A stretch of 64,000 nucleotides of DNA from an uncultured Eubacteriales bacterium. Its GTDB lineage: Bacteria; Acidobacteriota; Aminicenantia; Aminicenantales; Aminicenantaceae. Position numbers and translations under genes: made by a program. This document shows positions 48,327 to 59,437 of the stretch, in pieces. Under the pieces are notes generated by a model. It made no database searches. It saw only the letters and a list, made by a program, of their open reading frames with translations, and was not told the origin of the DNA. Numbering within the stretch: position 1 is the stretch's first letter; every line of letters starts with the position of its first letter. Where the stretch lies: contig CAYWDH010000005.1 in the NCBI GenBank assembly GCA_964456985.1, positions 17,247-81,246 on the forward strand. The letters are read 5' to 3'.

Positions 48327-48764
48327 TTAGTTTATATTAGTCAAAAGACAATCTATAGAATAGGTCAATTCCCCCAATTCCAGGGGCTTAACAAAGAAGT
48401 GGTCCACGGCAAGCCGGTTTAATTCCATCGGATTAACAAGGTCGGGAAAAGCTGAAATCAATATGGCCTTTCCTTTAAACCCTGAGTTTCGGAATCTCTC
48501 CAGCATCTTCAGGCCTGAGGTGTGAGGCAACCTCAAATCAGCTATAATGAGGTCAATATCAAATCCCTTGAAACGCTTGAGCGCTTCTTCCGAATCTTTA
48601 ACCGGATAGACCCTGTAATTTTCATGAAGAAGAAGGAAGAAAGTCTTCCGTATGGACTCATCATCATCCACTACCACTACTTTCTTCATCTCAGGTTTTT
48701 TCATGTCTTTCTCTCTCTCTTTTTCACTCTCATGATACAGCACATTTTGTGCCAACTGAGTCAA
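48327..48764 (-). CDS. Single-domain response regulator (receiver)
   Basis: VVVVDDD, IADLRLP, ISA and FVKP; the true start may be downstream (MKKPEM). Confidence 0.88.
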   Translation of the reverse strand: MTQLAQNVLYHESEKEREKDMKKPEMKKVVVVDDDESIRKTFFLLLHENYRVYPVKDSEEALKRFKGFDIDLIIADLRLPHTSGLKMLERFRNSGFKGKAILISAFPDLVNPMELNRLAVDHFFVKPLELGELTYSIDCLLTNIN

Positions 48765-48859
48765 TGTTTCGGATTACAGGCAAGGAAATGCCCATCAATC
48801 AGTTAATTTTGACAAAAAGTGAGTAAATATAATTGACAAACCGTAAAATATTTTTACAA

Positions 48860-50194
48860 TCAGGCTTTACGGCTGTATTCTTTTATTTTTTTATCCAGTG
48901 TGGGGCGGCTTATATCCAGAATCCTGCTTGCCCTGCTTTTATTTCCTTTAACTTTTTTTAAAACATAGTGAATGTATTCTTTTTCAACCTCCGCCAAAGG
49001 AACCAACTTTTTGGGCACCATTTCCTTTTCTCTCTGTTCAACCGGTAAATTTTCTTTAAGGATCACATCGCCTTTTGCCAAGATCACGGCTCTTGTCAGA
49101 GCATTTTCCAGCTCTCTGACATTTCCTTTCCAGGAAAGGCTGACAAGAAAATCCATCACATCAGGAGAAACCTTTTTAGCTTTCTTTTTCAATTCTCTGT
49201 TAATTTTTTCCAACAGATAAGCCACTAATTGAGGAATGTCCTCTTTTCTCTCCCTAAGAGGAGGCAGATTGATTTCCACTACTTTTAACCTGTAATAAAG
49301 ATCTTCCCTGAACTTCCCCTCTTTCACCAGATCCTTGAGTTTTTGGTTTGTCGCAGCAATGATCCTTGCTTCTGTATTGAGAACCTCCTGCCCCCCTACC
49401 TTCATAAAGTCCCGGTTCTCTAAAACTCTCAATAATTTTGACTGTAAGTTCAGCGAGACATCCCCGATTTCATCCAGGAAAAGGGTGCCTTTTCCCGCAA
49501 TCTCAAACTTGCCTTTCGTATCATAGACCGCATCAGTAAAAGCGCCCTTTACATGACCGAACAGCTCGGTTTCCAGGAGTGTATCTGAAAGAGTGGAGCA
49601 GTTTATGACAATGAATGGTTCGTTCCTATAGATGCTGTTATAATGGATAGCCTTAGCAACCAATTCCTTCCCTGTTCCGCTTTCTCCCTGGACAAGCACA
49701 TTAGCCCTGGTGTTTGCCACAGAACCTATCAATTTATACACTTCTCTCATCTCCGGTGTGCTTCCTATGATATTGTCAATAGTGTATTCTTTCTGCTTTT
49801 CTCCCACCAGATAGCTCATCTTGTCTTCCAGGCTCTTTACCCTGAAAACCTTATCAATGACTAGATCCATATCAACATAGTCCAGGGGTTTAACCAGATA
49901 CTCAAATGCTCCTGACTTTACGGCTTCTACTGTGGTCTTCATATCATCATAGGCGGTCATGATGATGATACAGGCCTGCTGGTTTTCCTCTCTAATCTTT
50001 CTCAAGACCTCCAATCCGTCGATATCCGGCAGGCGGATATCCAGAAGAACCAGATCCGGAGAATTTTCTTTAAATTCCCTTATGCCTGACTTCCCGTCTT
50101 CTGCAGTGAATATCTGGAATTCCTTATTACTGAAATGGGAAGAAAGACTTTTCCGGATCAACTTATCATCATCAATAATTAAAATAGACTTCAT
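48860..50194 (-). CDS. Sigma54-dependent response regulator (NtrC/AtoC family)
   Basis: REC domain, GESGTGKE, GAFTDA loop, FLDEIGD, FREDLYYRL, GNVREL, Fis-type HTH. Confidence 0.95.
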   Translation of the reverse strand: MKSILIIDDDKLIRKSLSSHFSNKEFQIFTAEDGKSGIREFKENSPDLVLLDIRLPDIDGLEVLRKIREENQQACIIIMTAYDDMKTTVEAVKSGAFEYLVKPLDYVDMDLVIDKVFRVKSLEDKMSYLVGEKQKEYTIDNIIGSTPEMREVYKLIGSVANTRANVLVQGESGTGKELVAKAIHYNSIYRNEPFIVINCSTLSDTLLETELFGHVKGAFTDAVYDTKGKFEIAGKGTLFLDEIGDVSLNLQSKLLRVLENRDFMKVGGQEVLNTEARIIAATNQKLKDLVKEGKFREDLYYRLKVVEINLPPLRERKEDIPQLVAYLLEKINRELKKKAKKVSPDVMDFLVSLSWKGNVRELENALTRAVILAKGDVILKENLPVEQREKEMVPKKLVPLAEVEKEYIHYVLKKVKGNKSRASRILDISRPTLDKKIKEYSRKA

Positions 50195-51642
50195 TTTTCA
50201 TCCTCCGCAGGCAGTGTGATTTCAAAACTAGTCCCTTGTTGTTCTGTTTCCTTAACTCTAATCGAGCCTTGATGCTGCTCCACGATTTTTTGAGCATTAG
50301 CCAAACCCAATCCGATTCCGGAAGATTTAGTGGTAAAAAAAGGTTCAAATATTTTTTCTCTGTCCTCATCCGGAATTCCGCAGCCGTTATCAATGACCTC
50401 TATGATAACCTTTTTTCTTCCCTCTCCCTTGGAAAGATACGCAAAGATACCTATCTCTCCGCCTTTTCTCACGGCATCTCTGGCATTGCATAAAAGGTTC
50501 AAAATGACCTGGCGGAGCTTGTCTCCGTCAACATAAACCAAAGGCAGGTCCTTCTTATAATACTCAGATAGCTTGATTTTTTTCTCCTCCAGGGAATCTG
50601 AAATCATTTTTACGGATTCCTCTATTATCTCATGAACGGAAAACCTCTCTTTGTTGAGTTCTGAAACCCGGACAAAATTCAAGAGTTCTTTTATGAATTT
50701 TTCAATTTGGACTATCCCTTCCCGGGATAAATTAAGGTGCTCTTTTTGCACTTCTTCCAGGTTTTCACCTTGCAGGACTTTTTGAATATTCAGATTAGCG
50801 GATGTAAGGGGGTTTCTAATCTCATGAGCAATGGTTGCTGAGATCCTTCCTATGGAAGCGAGTTTTTCTGCCTGTATCAATTTCTTGTTTGCAGCTTCCA
50901 TCCTCTTCCTTGCAAGAAGAAGCTGGCGGTTCATCTCGTTGAAATTCTCAGCCAACTTCCTGATCTCATCCTGGGAGCTGACAGTGATCTCCTGGGAAAA
51001 ATCCCCGCTTGAAATACTAAAGGTGGCATCTGTCAGTTTCTTGATAGGACCGGTGATCCGGCCGGAGAGAAAGACAGCCCCCCCAATCCCTACCAAAAGC
51101 CCTCCAAGCCCAATAAATATCAGTATAAGCCGGGTTCGGCTCATCTCCTTCTGCATTTCCTCTAAAGACAGGCCTATTTTAATGGATCCCCACTGAGTGC
51201 TGGATCCTCTTGCGAAAACAGGAATTTCAATCTCTAAAACTGATACACGTTCACCTTTATCATCATATTCTATTTCTTTCCTTTCACAATAATAAGTGTT
51301 TTCATCAACCGGTTCTTTAAGAAAGGAGGTTGTAAATGTCTTTTTATTTTTTTCAGCAAAATCACTGGCTACAAAAAGCCTTTTATGCTGGTCAAAAAAG
51401 ACCACATAGAGAAGTTTTTGGTCTATCTGTCCCTGAATGTTGTTCTTAACTCCCTCTGCATCCCAGAACATCAGAGGCTCCAGGTTCAAATAAGCAATGT
51501 TCCTTGCTGTTAAAATCCCTCTGCTCTTATGTTCCTCAAATATAGCTCTTTCCTCTCTTTTCTCTATAAGAAAGAGTATCGCAGCCACCAGGAAAAAAAG
51601 CAGCACTGCTATGGCAGTAATAAACTTCGTCCGCAGAGACAT
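50191..51642 (-). CDS. HAMP-domain sensor histidine kinase
   Basis: Two TM segments, AHEIRNPL H-box, DNGCGI and FFTTK...GLGL. Confidence 0.95.
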   Translation of the reverse strand: MSLRTKFITAIAVLLFFLVAAILFLIEKREERAIFEEHKSRGILTARNIAYLNLEPLMFWDAEGVKNNIQGQIDQKLLYVVFFDQHKRLFVASDFAEKNKKTFTTSFLKEPVDENTYYCERKEIEYDDKGERVSVLEIEIPVFARGSSTQWGSIKIGLSLEEMQKEMSRTRLILIFIGLGGLLVGIGGAVFLSGRITGPIKKLTDATFSISSGDFSQEITVSSQDEIRKLAENFNEMNRQLLLARKRMEAANKKLIQAEKLASIGRISATIAHEIRNPLTSANLNIQKVLQGENLEEVQKEHLNLSREGIVQIEKFIKELLNFVRVSELNKERFSVHEIIEESVKMISDSLEEKKIKLSEYYKKDLPLVYVDGDKLRQVILNLLCNARDAVRKGGEIGIFAYLSKGEGRKKVIIEVIDNGCGIPDEDREKIFEPFFTTKSSGIGLGLANAQKIVEQHQGSIRVKETEQQGTSFEITLPAEDEK

Positions 51643-51665
51643 TCTTTTACTCTCTATAAATTATT

Positions 51666-53261
51666 CTATTTATCAAGCCAAATCTTTCTCACTTGCAGGT
51701 AATAAAATCCAAGCGCAGTCTTCTCCACCCCGCTTACATATGGCTGCATAGCTATTCTATTCTGTCTGTTAAAAAGAGGGACAGCAGGGACTTCGGAGCG
51801 TAAAGTCTGTTCGATGCGCTGAAAAAGCTCTATCCGTTTTGTCCAGCTTCTCTCCAGTTCAGCACTCCTTAAAAGCCCGTCTACTTCCTGGCTGCTGTAG
51901 CCGAATAAATTGGATACAGATCGGGAGAAAAAAAGAGTTCTTATAATATCCTCAGGATCAGGGAAATTCATTTTCCATTTTATATAAACCAAGTAAGGTT
52001 TATCACAATTTTCAATTTCTTGAACATTTTCAAAATAACGCAGTCTTAATTTAATCCCCAGAGTTTCAAGCTGGCTTCTTAAACATTTAAAAATATTGTA
52101 GTTGGTTTCTGACTTTGGTGATTGGATAAAAAACTGCAGGGTTGGAAATTGAACATCTTTGTAAAAACCCTGTTGATTCAGTATTTGAAGTGCCTGTTTA
52201 AGGTCTGTCGAGTCTTCTCGATCGGGGAAAAAACCTTGAAGCTGGGGAGGAATGTAATTATTGGTAATCTGGAACAGGAACTGAGGTTCATCCAATTGTC
52301 GGATGATTTCATTTTTGTCAATCCCAAGACTGATTGCCTTTCTTATATCCGGTCTGTTAAGAGGAGCGATATTACAGCTCATACCAAGGAATGCGATGTT
52401 GATAGAGCCGTCTTCAAAAATCTGGTATTTTGAATCAAAAAGACGGTGTGAAATCAAAGGAATGGCATCAATTTCTTCTCTTAAAAAGTTATCCAGTTTG
52501 TACAGGGAACAAAACTCGACAGCTTCCAAATACGGCTTTCCCATAAAATAATTCTCATTCCGTTTCAGGCACACTCCCACGATATTCAATCTTGTATCCC
52601 TTAACCAATGTTCGAAGGCAAATGGTCCGGTCCCTGACGGATTAAAGAAAAATCTATCTCCCATGATCTGAGACATTTCTTTAGGAAGGATTTTGCAAAA
52701 ATGCATGCTCATCAAATACAGCGCAGATACATAAGGCTTGATCCAATGAATTTCAAAAGTATATTTATCTTGTGCCTTAAAACCGGATACATGCTCAGCC
52801 TTCTCTGATCTGAATTCCTCAGCTCCTAACACACGGGACAAAAAATAATGGAAGTAGGGTGAATCGTTTTTCTTATCTAGGATCCTCTCTAAAGAATATT
52901 TTACATCTTCGGCCATCAATTCCTCCCCGTCATGAAACCGGACTCCTTTTCTAAGATGAAATGTGTATTTTTTCCCGTCCGGAGATATCTCCCAGTATTC
53001 AGCCAAAGAGGGCACAATATTAAAGTTTTTGTCTAATCTTACAAGTCCATCATATAACTGCTCAGATAAAAATATAAAAGAATCAGATTTTATAGGATCC
53101 AGCTGTCTTCTGAATTGGTCCGCAAAAGATTTCACGCGGAACACTCCACCATACTGAGGCTTTTGGTTAGAATTATTCCTTTCCAAGGGCAATAAACAAA
53201 AGGAAATCAGAAGAAAAAATGTGATGATGTTTCTTACTTTTTTTATAATCTTAGTGAACAT
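51666..53261 (-). CDS. ABC-type family-5 (peptide/nickel) substrate-binding protein
   Basis: YDGLVR...PSLAEYWEISPDGKKYTFHLRKGVRFHDG, GTGPF and VPAVPL. Confidence 0.92.
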   Translation of the reverse strand: MFTKIIKKVRNIITFFLLISFCLLPLERNNSNQKPQYGGVFRVKSFADQFRRQLDPIKSDSFIFLSEQLYDGLVRLDKNFNIVPSLAEYWEISPDGKKYTFHLRKGVRFHDGEELMAEDVKYSLERILDKKNDSPYFHYFLSRVLGAEEFRSEKAEHVSGFKAQDKYTFEIHWIKPYVSALYLMSMHFCKILPKEMSQIMGDRFFFNPSGTGPFAFEHWLRDTRLNIVGVCLKRNENYFMGKPYLEAVEFCSLYKLDNFLREEIDAIPLISHRLFDSKYQIFEDGSINIAFLGMSCNIAPLNRPDIRKAISLGIDKNEIIRQLDEPQFLFQITNNYIPPQLQGFFPDREDSTDLKQALQILNQQGFYKDVQFPTLQFFIQSPKSETNYNIFKCLRSQLETLGIKLRLRYFENVQEIENCDKPYLVYIKWKMNFPDPEDIIRTLFFSRSVSNLFGYSSQEVDGLLRSAELERSWTKRIELFQRIEQTLRSEVPAVPLFNRQNRIAMQPYVSGVEKTALGFYYLQVRKIWLDK

Positions 53262-53426
53262 TTTTTTTCAATCATAATGCGAGCTCTGTTTTAAAGCAAT
53301 ACCCAATTTACCTGAACGATTAAAAAAAGATTGGATCAAAAGGATGGAAATTTTCACGGAAAACCAACTTTTTCATAAGCCTTTTCGTATTAATAAAAAG
53401 GTATAAAATCAATAAAAAGGCATAAA

Positions 53427-54881
53427 ATGATTATCAAATTTTTCAAATCTACCAGTGAAACAAAAATATTTAAAAAATTTTTTCTCATCTTTTTTCTTTA
53501 TTTTCTCTGCTTTTTCTCTTCCTACTCTTCAGAATATGTCCGCCCGGAGTCTTACGACCTTAAGGTTCAAATAGAACCAGATTCAGGAAATATTTCTGTT
53601 CAATGTGAGCTTAAAATTCATCTGCTTGATCACCTATCAAAACAATTTGATTTCGATCTGCACGGCACATTCCAAGTGGATGATTTGAAAATCAATGGAC
53701 GTCCGGCTGAATACTCCCAAAAAGAAAACAAACCGTGGGTCATTTTCCCCTGCTCTAAAAAAATTACAATCGGATTACCAGAGGATAAAAGAAAACAAGA
53801 TGTCAGTGTTGATATCGCCTATCATGGGAGACTGAAAAGTATTCCTGAATTCGGAAGTCATGAGGGTCAAAAACTGGCCTTGGATGACCAGATCAATCCA
53901 CGGATGGTGGAGTTAGCCAGTTATTCCTGCTGGTACCCTCTCTTCGAATTCGGAAATCGATACGACATTAAACTCGAACTTTCTCTCCCTGATGGTTGGC
54001 AGTGTGTGTGCTCCGGAAAGGAAATCAAGAGACAGAGAAAAAAAGAAAAAATACTCAGTTATTGGTCTTCTTCGAATGATACGGATATCATTATTATTGC
54101 CTCACCATTTCTTAAACTAAAAACCTATAAGGGGGAAGATTTTGACATTCATATCTATCATACGCAGATGCCAAGCAATTTTATTGACCGAGAGTTCGCT
54201 CAGATCGAAAAAACAGTAGGTCTTTATACAAATCTTTTGGGAAAAGCACCTATTCCAGGAGGGATAATAAAGCATGTTTTTTCTCCCAAACTAAAAGGAC
54301 AGGGAGGAGCAGGGATCGCCAGGCCAGGTATGATTGTGACTTCCGAGGGGCTCACGCTTGAAAGCTTAAAAAAAGACCCTGGCTTTTCGCTTTTTCATGG
54401 AATAGCCCATGAGATCGCCCACTTCTGGTGGAATTTCGGCGCAAGTCAAGGTGACTGGATCAATGAAACATTTGCTGAATATTTTTCTTCGGTTGCGGAC
54501 CAAAAGATTATTTCCGAAGAAACAATCCAAAACGATCTGAATAAATACCTTAACTTAACTCACTCTTTACCCAAGGACGCGCCTGCTCTTTCAGTAGTTC
54601 CGTTTAAAGAGGGAAAAATCAACTATATAGTAAGATATTACAAAGGCTCTCTTATGCTCAACTCCTTAAGGAAACAAATGGGAGATTCGAATTTTTTTAT
54701 GACCTGCCATGACTTTTACCAGACCTTCAGCGGGGATCTGATTGGAACCACAGAATTTCGTGAATTTTGGGGAAAGAGACTCGGAAAAAACAAAAATTTA
54801 TTGATTAAATGGCTTGATTCAGAGGGAGGAGTTCCGGAATACCAAATGCTGATTATCGGGCCTGGAGAATATCTAAAATGA
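53427..54881 (+). CDS. M1-family (gluzincin) aminopeptidase-like protein
   Basis: HEIAH..W...WINETFAEY zinc motif; YYKG. Confidence 0.85.
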   Translation: MIIKFFKSTSETKIFKKFFLIFFLYFLCFFSSYSSEYVRPESYDLKVQIEPDSGNISVQCELKIHLLDHLSKQFDFDLHGTFQVDDLKINGRPAEYSQKENKPWVIFPCSKKITIGLPEDKRKQDVSVDIAYHGRLKSIPEFGSHEGQKLALDDQINPRMVELASYSCWYPLFEFGNRYDIKLELSLPDGWQCVCSGKEIKRQRKKEKILSYWSSSNDTDIIIIASPFLKLKTYKGEDFDIHIYHTQMPSNFIDREFAQIEKTVGLYTNLLGKAPIPGGIIKHVFSPKLKGQGGAGIARPGMIVTSEGLTLESLKKDPGFSLFHGIAHEIAHFWWNFGASQGDWINETFAEYFSSVADQKIISEETIQNDLNKYLNLTHSLPKDAPALSVVPFKEGKINYIVRYYKGSLMLNSLRKQMGDSNFFMTCHDFYQTFSGDLIGTTEFREFWGKRLGKNKNLLIKWLDSEGGVPEYQMLIIGPGEYLK

Positions 54882-57217
54882 TTCAAAATTATCTTAAAAC
54901 CGCATTAAGAAATATCAAAAGAGCCAAGATGTTTTCAGTGCTCAACATTCTGGGGCTTGCCGTGGGCATGGGGAGCTGCTTCCTCATATTCCTATTTGTC
55001 CAGCATGAGTTGAGTTATGACAGATTCCATAAAAACTATGACCAAATCTACAGGGTGACTGTAGAATGGCAATCACAAATCGGCCAAACTACGACTGCAC
55101 CTGTTGCGCCGGCTCTTTTAAACGATTTTCCCGAAGTCAAAGATGCTGTTCGTGTAGAAAGACTGAGCGCCATCATCCGGTACCAGGGAGAAAGCTATGT
55201 GGAAAGGAAAATTCTGCTGGTGGATCCTTCTTTTTTCAACATATTCACTTTCCCACTCATTGAAGGAGATCCTGAAAAAGCACTCAGCGACCTTCATTCC
55301 ATCATCCTAACTGAAAGAGCTGCTGAAAAATATTTCGGTACTGAGAAGCCTTTGGGAAAGATTCTGAATATAGAAGATAGATATGATTTTAAAGTAACCG
55401 GAGTGGTAAAAAATCCTCCTTCCAATTCTCATATTGATTTTGACTTTCTCGTGCGGTTTGACTTCATCAACAGTTATGCTCACTTCAATTATCTTGGAAG
55501 CTGGGGCGCCTGGAACTTTCATACTTATATTTTACTCCAAAAAGGTTATTCCCTTTCCGAATTTGAGTCAAAAACCCCGGCTTTCTTAAGGACCTATAGA
55601 GGTGGTGCTGAATATCCCAGGATGCTTCATTTGAGTTCTTTGACCAATATCAACCTGGAAACCCATGGAAAACTGAAATATATCTATTTCTTCTCAGCCA
55701 TTGCTGTCATCATTTTGATACTAGCCTGCATCAATTTCATGAACCTCTCTATATCCAGATCATCAGAGAGAATCAAAGAGATAGGCATGAGAAAAGTCAT
55801 CGGCGCCAATAAAGCCCAGCTTATCAAACAGTTTTTAGGAGAATCAGCTGTCCTGGCTTTTCTGGCTCTTCCGCTGGCACTTTTACTGGTCTACATGGTT
55901 CTTCCCTCTTTTAACTCCCTTGCCAACACTCATCTGCAATCCAACTATTTCCAAAACTGGTTTTTTATCTGCGGTATGTTCGGAATCACAATGTTGGTCG
56001 GCATTTTATCAGGGAGCTATCCTTCTCTCTATCTGTCTTCAATGAATCCTCTTCAATCTCTTAAAGGTGAGTTAAGGTCAGGGACAAAATCTTCTCTCCT
56101 GAGAAGCCTTTTGGTTGTTTTCCAGTTTTCGGTCTCTATCATCCTCATTATCAGTGCCGCGGCCGTTTCTCACCAGATGCACTTCATTCACAGCAAAGAC
56201 CTGGGCTTTAACAAGGACTTCATCGTCAATATCCCCATATATGAGAGCAGCCTGAGACTTAAATCAGAAGTCATCAAATCTGAACTCCTTCAGAATCCTA
56301 ATATATCCAAGGCTGCAGTTTCCTCTTTCTCGCCCGGGAGTCATCCTAACCAAAGTGTTGATTGGGAAGGTAGAAAGCCAGACCAAGAGCTGATGATGGC
56401 TTGGTATTCAGTGGACTACGACTTTGTGGACACTTTTGGTATTAAAATCAATGAAGGCAGAGATTTCTCCCTTGATTTTCCTTCTGATGTAAGATCAGCT
56501 TATATTTTGAATGAGTCGGCAGTGAGAGCTTTGGGCTGGGAACATGCGGTGGAAAAACAATTCAGGGTTGAACGAGCTTTCACTCCTATGGGCCGAGTGG
56601 TGGGAGTGATGAAAGACTTCAATTTTGATTCACTTCACCAATCCATACTTCCTCTGGCTCTTCTCTTAGAACCTATCAGCGGAAATCACTTCTCATTGAA
56701 AATATCCTCGAGAAATATGAAAGACACCCTTTCCTTTATTGAGACCAAATTCAAGGAATTCGCCCCTAATGCTCCGTTCAACTACCGCTTTCTGGATGAA
56801 GAGATCGCCGAAATGTACATAGAGGAGGACCGGCTGGGGACTTTAATCAATTCTTTTTCGGTATTAGCGGTTTTCATTGCCTGTCTGGGACTTCTCGGCC
56901 TAGCCTCCTCATCCATAAACAGAAGGACAAAGGAAATCGGAGTGCGTAAAGTCCTAGGGGCCTCTGTCCCAAATATCTTTACTCTGTTGGTTAAAGATTT
57001 TACCAAGCTTGTCTTTATTGCCAATGTCATTGCCTGGCCTGTTGCCTTTTATGCCATGAACCGATGGCTTCAAAATTTTGTGTACCGTATAAGCCTGGAA
57101 TGGTGGCTGTTTGTTGTATCAGGTTTTGTGGCTTTGATGATCGCTATCCTCACAGTGAGCTTTCATACGATTAAAGCCGCCACTTCCAATCCGGCTGATT
57201 CGCTGAGATACGAGTAA
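54878..57217 (+). CDS. ABC transporter permease, duplicated MacB/FtsX type
   Basis: NYLKTALRN, LACINFMNL...R.KEIGMRKVIGA and RTKEIGVRKVLGAS; ends LRYE. Confidence 0.95.
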   Translation: MIQNYLKTALRNIKRAKMFSVLNILGLAVGMGSCFLIFLFVQHELSYDRFHKNYDQIYRVTVEWQSQIGQTTTAPVAPALLNDFPEVKDAVRVERLSAIIRYQGESYVERKILLVDPSFFNIFTFPLIEGDPEKALSDLHSIILTERAAEKYFGTEKPLGKILNIEDRYDFKVTGVVKNPPSNSHIDFDFLVRFDFINSYAHFNYLGSWGAWNFHTYILLQKGYSLSEFESKTPAFLRTYRGGAEYPRMLHLSSLTNINLETHGKLKYIYFFSAIAVIILILACINFMNLSISRSSERIKEIGMRKVIGANKAQLIKQFLGESAVLAFLALPLALLLVYMVLPSFNSLANTHLQSNYFQNWFFICGMFGITMLVGILSGSYPSLYLSSMNPLQSLKGELRSGTKSSLLRSLLVVFQFSVSIILIISAAAVSHQMHFIHSKDLGFNKDFIVNIPIYESSLRLKSEVIKSELLQNPNISKAAVSSFSPGSHPNQSVDWEGRKPDQELMMAWYSVDYDFVDTFGIKINEGRDFSLDFPSDVRSAYILNESAVRALGWEHAVEKQFRVERAFTPMGRVVGVMKDFNFDSLHQSILPLALLLEPISGNHFSLKISSRNMKDTLSFIETKFKEFAPNAPFNYRFLDEEIAEMYIEEDRLGTLINSFSVLAVFIACLGLLGLASSSINRRTKEIGVRKVLGASVPNIFTLLVKDFTKLVFIANVIAWPVAFYAMNRWLQNFVYRISLEWWLFVVSGFVALMIAILTVSFHTIKAATSNPADSLRYE

Positions 57218-57397
57218 AAAAAAGTATCAAAACAAATCGCGGCCTTCGGAGAGGAATACAACGTCCTGCCGCTAAAAAATAAAGTAACGGATAAGGCCGG
57301 AACCTAGGTTTAGCCAAACAAAATCATTACCGCTATCTTTATTGATTTTTAGACTCATTAGGATTATATATATATAAGAGAAAGACATCCCATATGT

Positions 57398-59248
57398 ATG
57401 CCCGGAAGTGTTATGGCATCAGAAAAAAAGACTAAACAACAACTAATAAATGAAATTGAAAAACTGCGCCGGAGAATATCAGAACTTGAAAAATCAGAAT
57501 CCCAATGCCAAATAGAGAGGAAAAAACGGAAGGAAAGCGAAGAGAGGTTCCGCGGTCTCTCTGAAACTTTGTTTGAGGGACTCCTGCTGCATAAAAAAGG
57601 AATATTACTGGATGCAAACAAAAAGGCTACTGAGATGTTCGGATATAACCTGAAAGAAGTCATAGGCAGGAATGTGCTGGAATTTGCGGCTCCTGAATCA
57701 AAGGAGATAATAAAAAAAAATATCCTTTCAGGCGGAGAAGAACCTTATGAAGCCAAAGGAGTAAGGAAGGATGGGTCCGTTTTTCCTGTTGAGCTTCACG
57801 GAAAGCAGATAAAATATAAAGACCAAGAGGCGAGAATCGCTGCTATCAGAGATCTTACCGAACAGAAAAAGGCCGAGCAGTCCTTAAAAGAAAGTGGAGA
57901 AAAATATTCCCTGGTCGTGGAGAACAGCAACGATGCCATCATCATCCACCATGACGGGATCATCCAGTTTGCCAACTCCACTTCATCCCAGTTTATAGGA
58001 GTGCCTCTCAGTAAACTGATCGGAAAACCAATCACAGATTTTGTCCACCCCGATTATAAAAAGATCGTCCTGGATAACTTTAGCAAAAGAAAGGCTGGAG
58101 AAGATGTCGAGGATATCTATGAGATCGCTCTTGTCAGAAAAGACGGCTCCTCCTTCCCTGCAGAAATCAATGTTTCCCTTATTCAGTACCAGGGAGAACC
58201 GGCCGGGCTTGTGTTTATAAGGGACATCACCAAGCGCAAAAAAACAGAGGAAGCTCTGAGGGAAAGGGAACAACTGTTGAGCAATGTTTTTCAATCAATG
58301 CAGGAAGGTGTCCTTGTGCTAAACACTGATTTCAAGTGCACTTACTGGAACAAGGGAATGGAACAAATCTCGAAGATTAAAAGGGAAGAAGTTATAGGGA
58401 GTATCCCTTGGAAGAAATTTCAATTCATAAAAGGCAAAATCGAAGAAGCTATGAAAAAAGCAATGAGAGGAAACGTATCCCGCGGTATAGAATTGAAATA
58501 TTCTTTACCTGATGGAAAAGAAGGATGGACAACAGAAAGCTATTTCCCTCTGAAAGATGCTCAAGAGAATACCATTGGCGTGATCGGTGTGGTTGAGGAT
58601 ATTACAGAGCTCAAAGATACAGAGCAAAAAATCAAAAAATCCCTAGAGGAAAAAGAAGTTCTTTTAAAAGAGATCCATCACAGAGTCAAAAACAATATGC
58701 AGGTCATCTCAAGCCTTATCAACATTCAGGCGAATCGCATCAAAGATAAAAAAGCACGGGAGATATTCAGGAACACCAGAAACAGGGTCATGTCCATGGC
58801 TCTTGTACATGAAAGGCTGTACCGTTCAGAAAATCTGGCCGGAATTGACTTCAAAATGTATATAGAAAGGATGTCAGTCCATCTTATGAGCTACTACAGG
58901 GAATTGTCACAAAACATAGAATTAAAAACAGATGTAGAAGACATCTTCCTTGATATCACTAAAGCCGTACCCCTTGGGCTTATTACAAATGAATTGATAA
59001 GCAACTCTATAAAACATGCTTTTTCAAAAAGAAAAAAAGGGAAGGTAACCATAGAGTTTTATAAAAAGGGAAAAACATACCACCTGAACATCGGAGACAA
59101 CGGTATAGGATTTCCTAAAGACCTGGATTTCAGGAAGGTGGAATCAATGGGGATGGATCTGGTGAATTCCCTTGTAAAGCAGATCAACGGCGTCATACAG
59201 CTTATCAGGCATAAAGGCACTCTTTTCAAGATCACCTTTACAGAATAA
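57398..59248 (+). CDS. Multi-PAS sensor histidine kinase (HisKA_2/HWE-like)
   Basis: Three PAS-PAC repeats, EIHHRVKNNMQ, NELISNSIKHAF, DNGIG. Confidence 0.93.
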   Translation: MPGSVMASEKKTKQQLINEIEKLRRRISELEKSESQCQIERKKRKESEERFRGLSETLFEGLLLHKKGILLDANKKATEMFGYNLKEVIGRNVLEFAAPESKEIIKKNILSGGEEPYEAKGVRKDGSVFPVELHGKQIKYKDQEARIAAIRDLTEQKKAEQSLKESGEKYSLVVENSNDAIIIHHDGIIQFANSTSSQFIGVPLSKLIGKPITDFVHPDYKKIVLDNFSKRKAGEDVEDIYEIALVRKDGSSFPAEINVSLIQYQGEPAGLVFIRDITKRKKTEEALREREQLLSNVFQSMQEGVLVLNTDFKCTYWNKGMEQISKIKREEVIGSIPWKKFQFIKGKIEEAMKKAMRGNVSRGIELKYSLPDGKEGWTTESYFPLKDAQENTIGVIGVVEDITELKDTEQKIKKSLEEKEVLLKEIHHRVKNNMQVISSLINIQANRIKDKKAREIFRNTRNRVMSMALVHERLYRSENLAGIDFKMYIERMSVHLMSYYRELSQNIELKTDVEDIFLDITKAVPLGLITNELISNSIKHAFSKRKKGKVTIEFYKKGKTYHLNIGDNGIGFPKDLDFRKVESMGMDLVNSLVKQINGVIQLIRHKGTLFKITFTE

Positions 59249-59437
59249 TCGCCTTTATGAGAAACGTGCATCCCTTCTTATTAAGATAATCATCCAGTTT
59301 TAGAAAAGCAAGATTTCTCGGGTGAAAAAAGCATAAATAATAAAATTCACTTTAAATCTTTCCGCTTCTCGTGTATATTTGTTCAATTGTATTGAAATCT
59401 TTACAGAATGATAAACTCCGTATATTAGAAGAATGCC

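Noticed and set aside
48860-50194. GAFTDA instead of GAFTGA as a non-functional sigma54 activator
   Set aside because: Single-residue variants at this position occur in the family and all other AAA+ motifs are intact; too weak to call.
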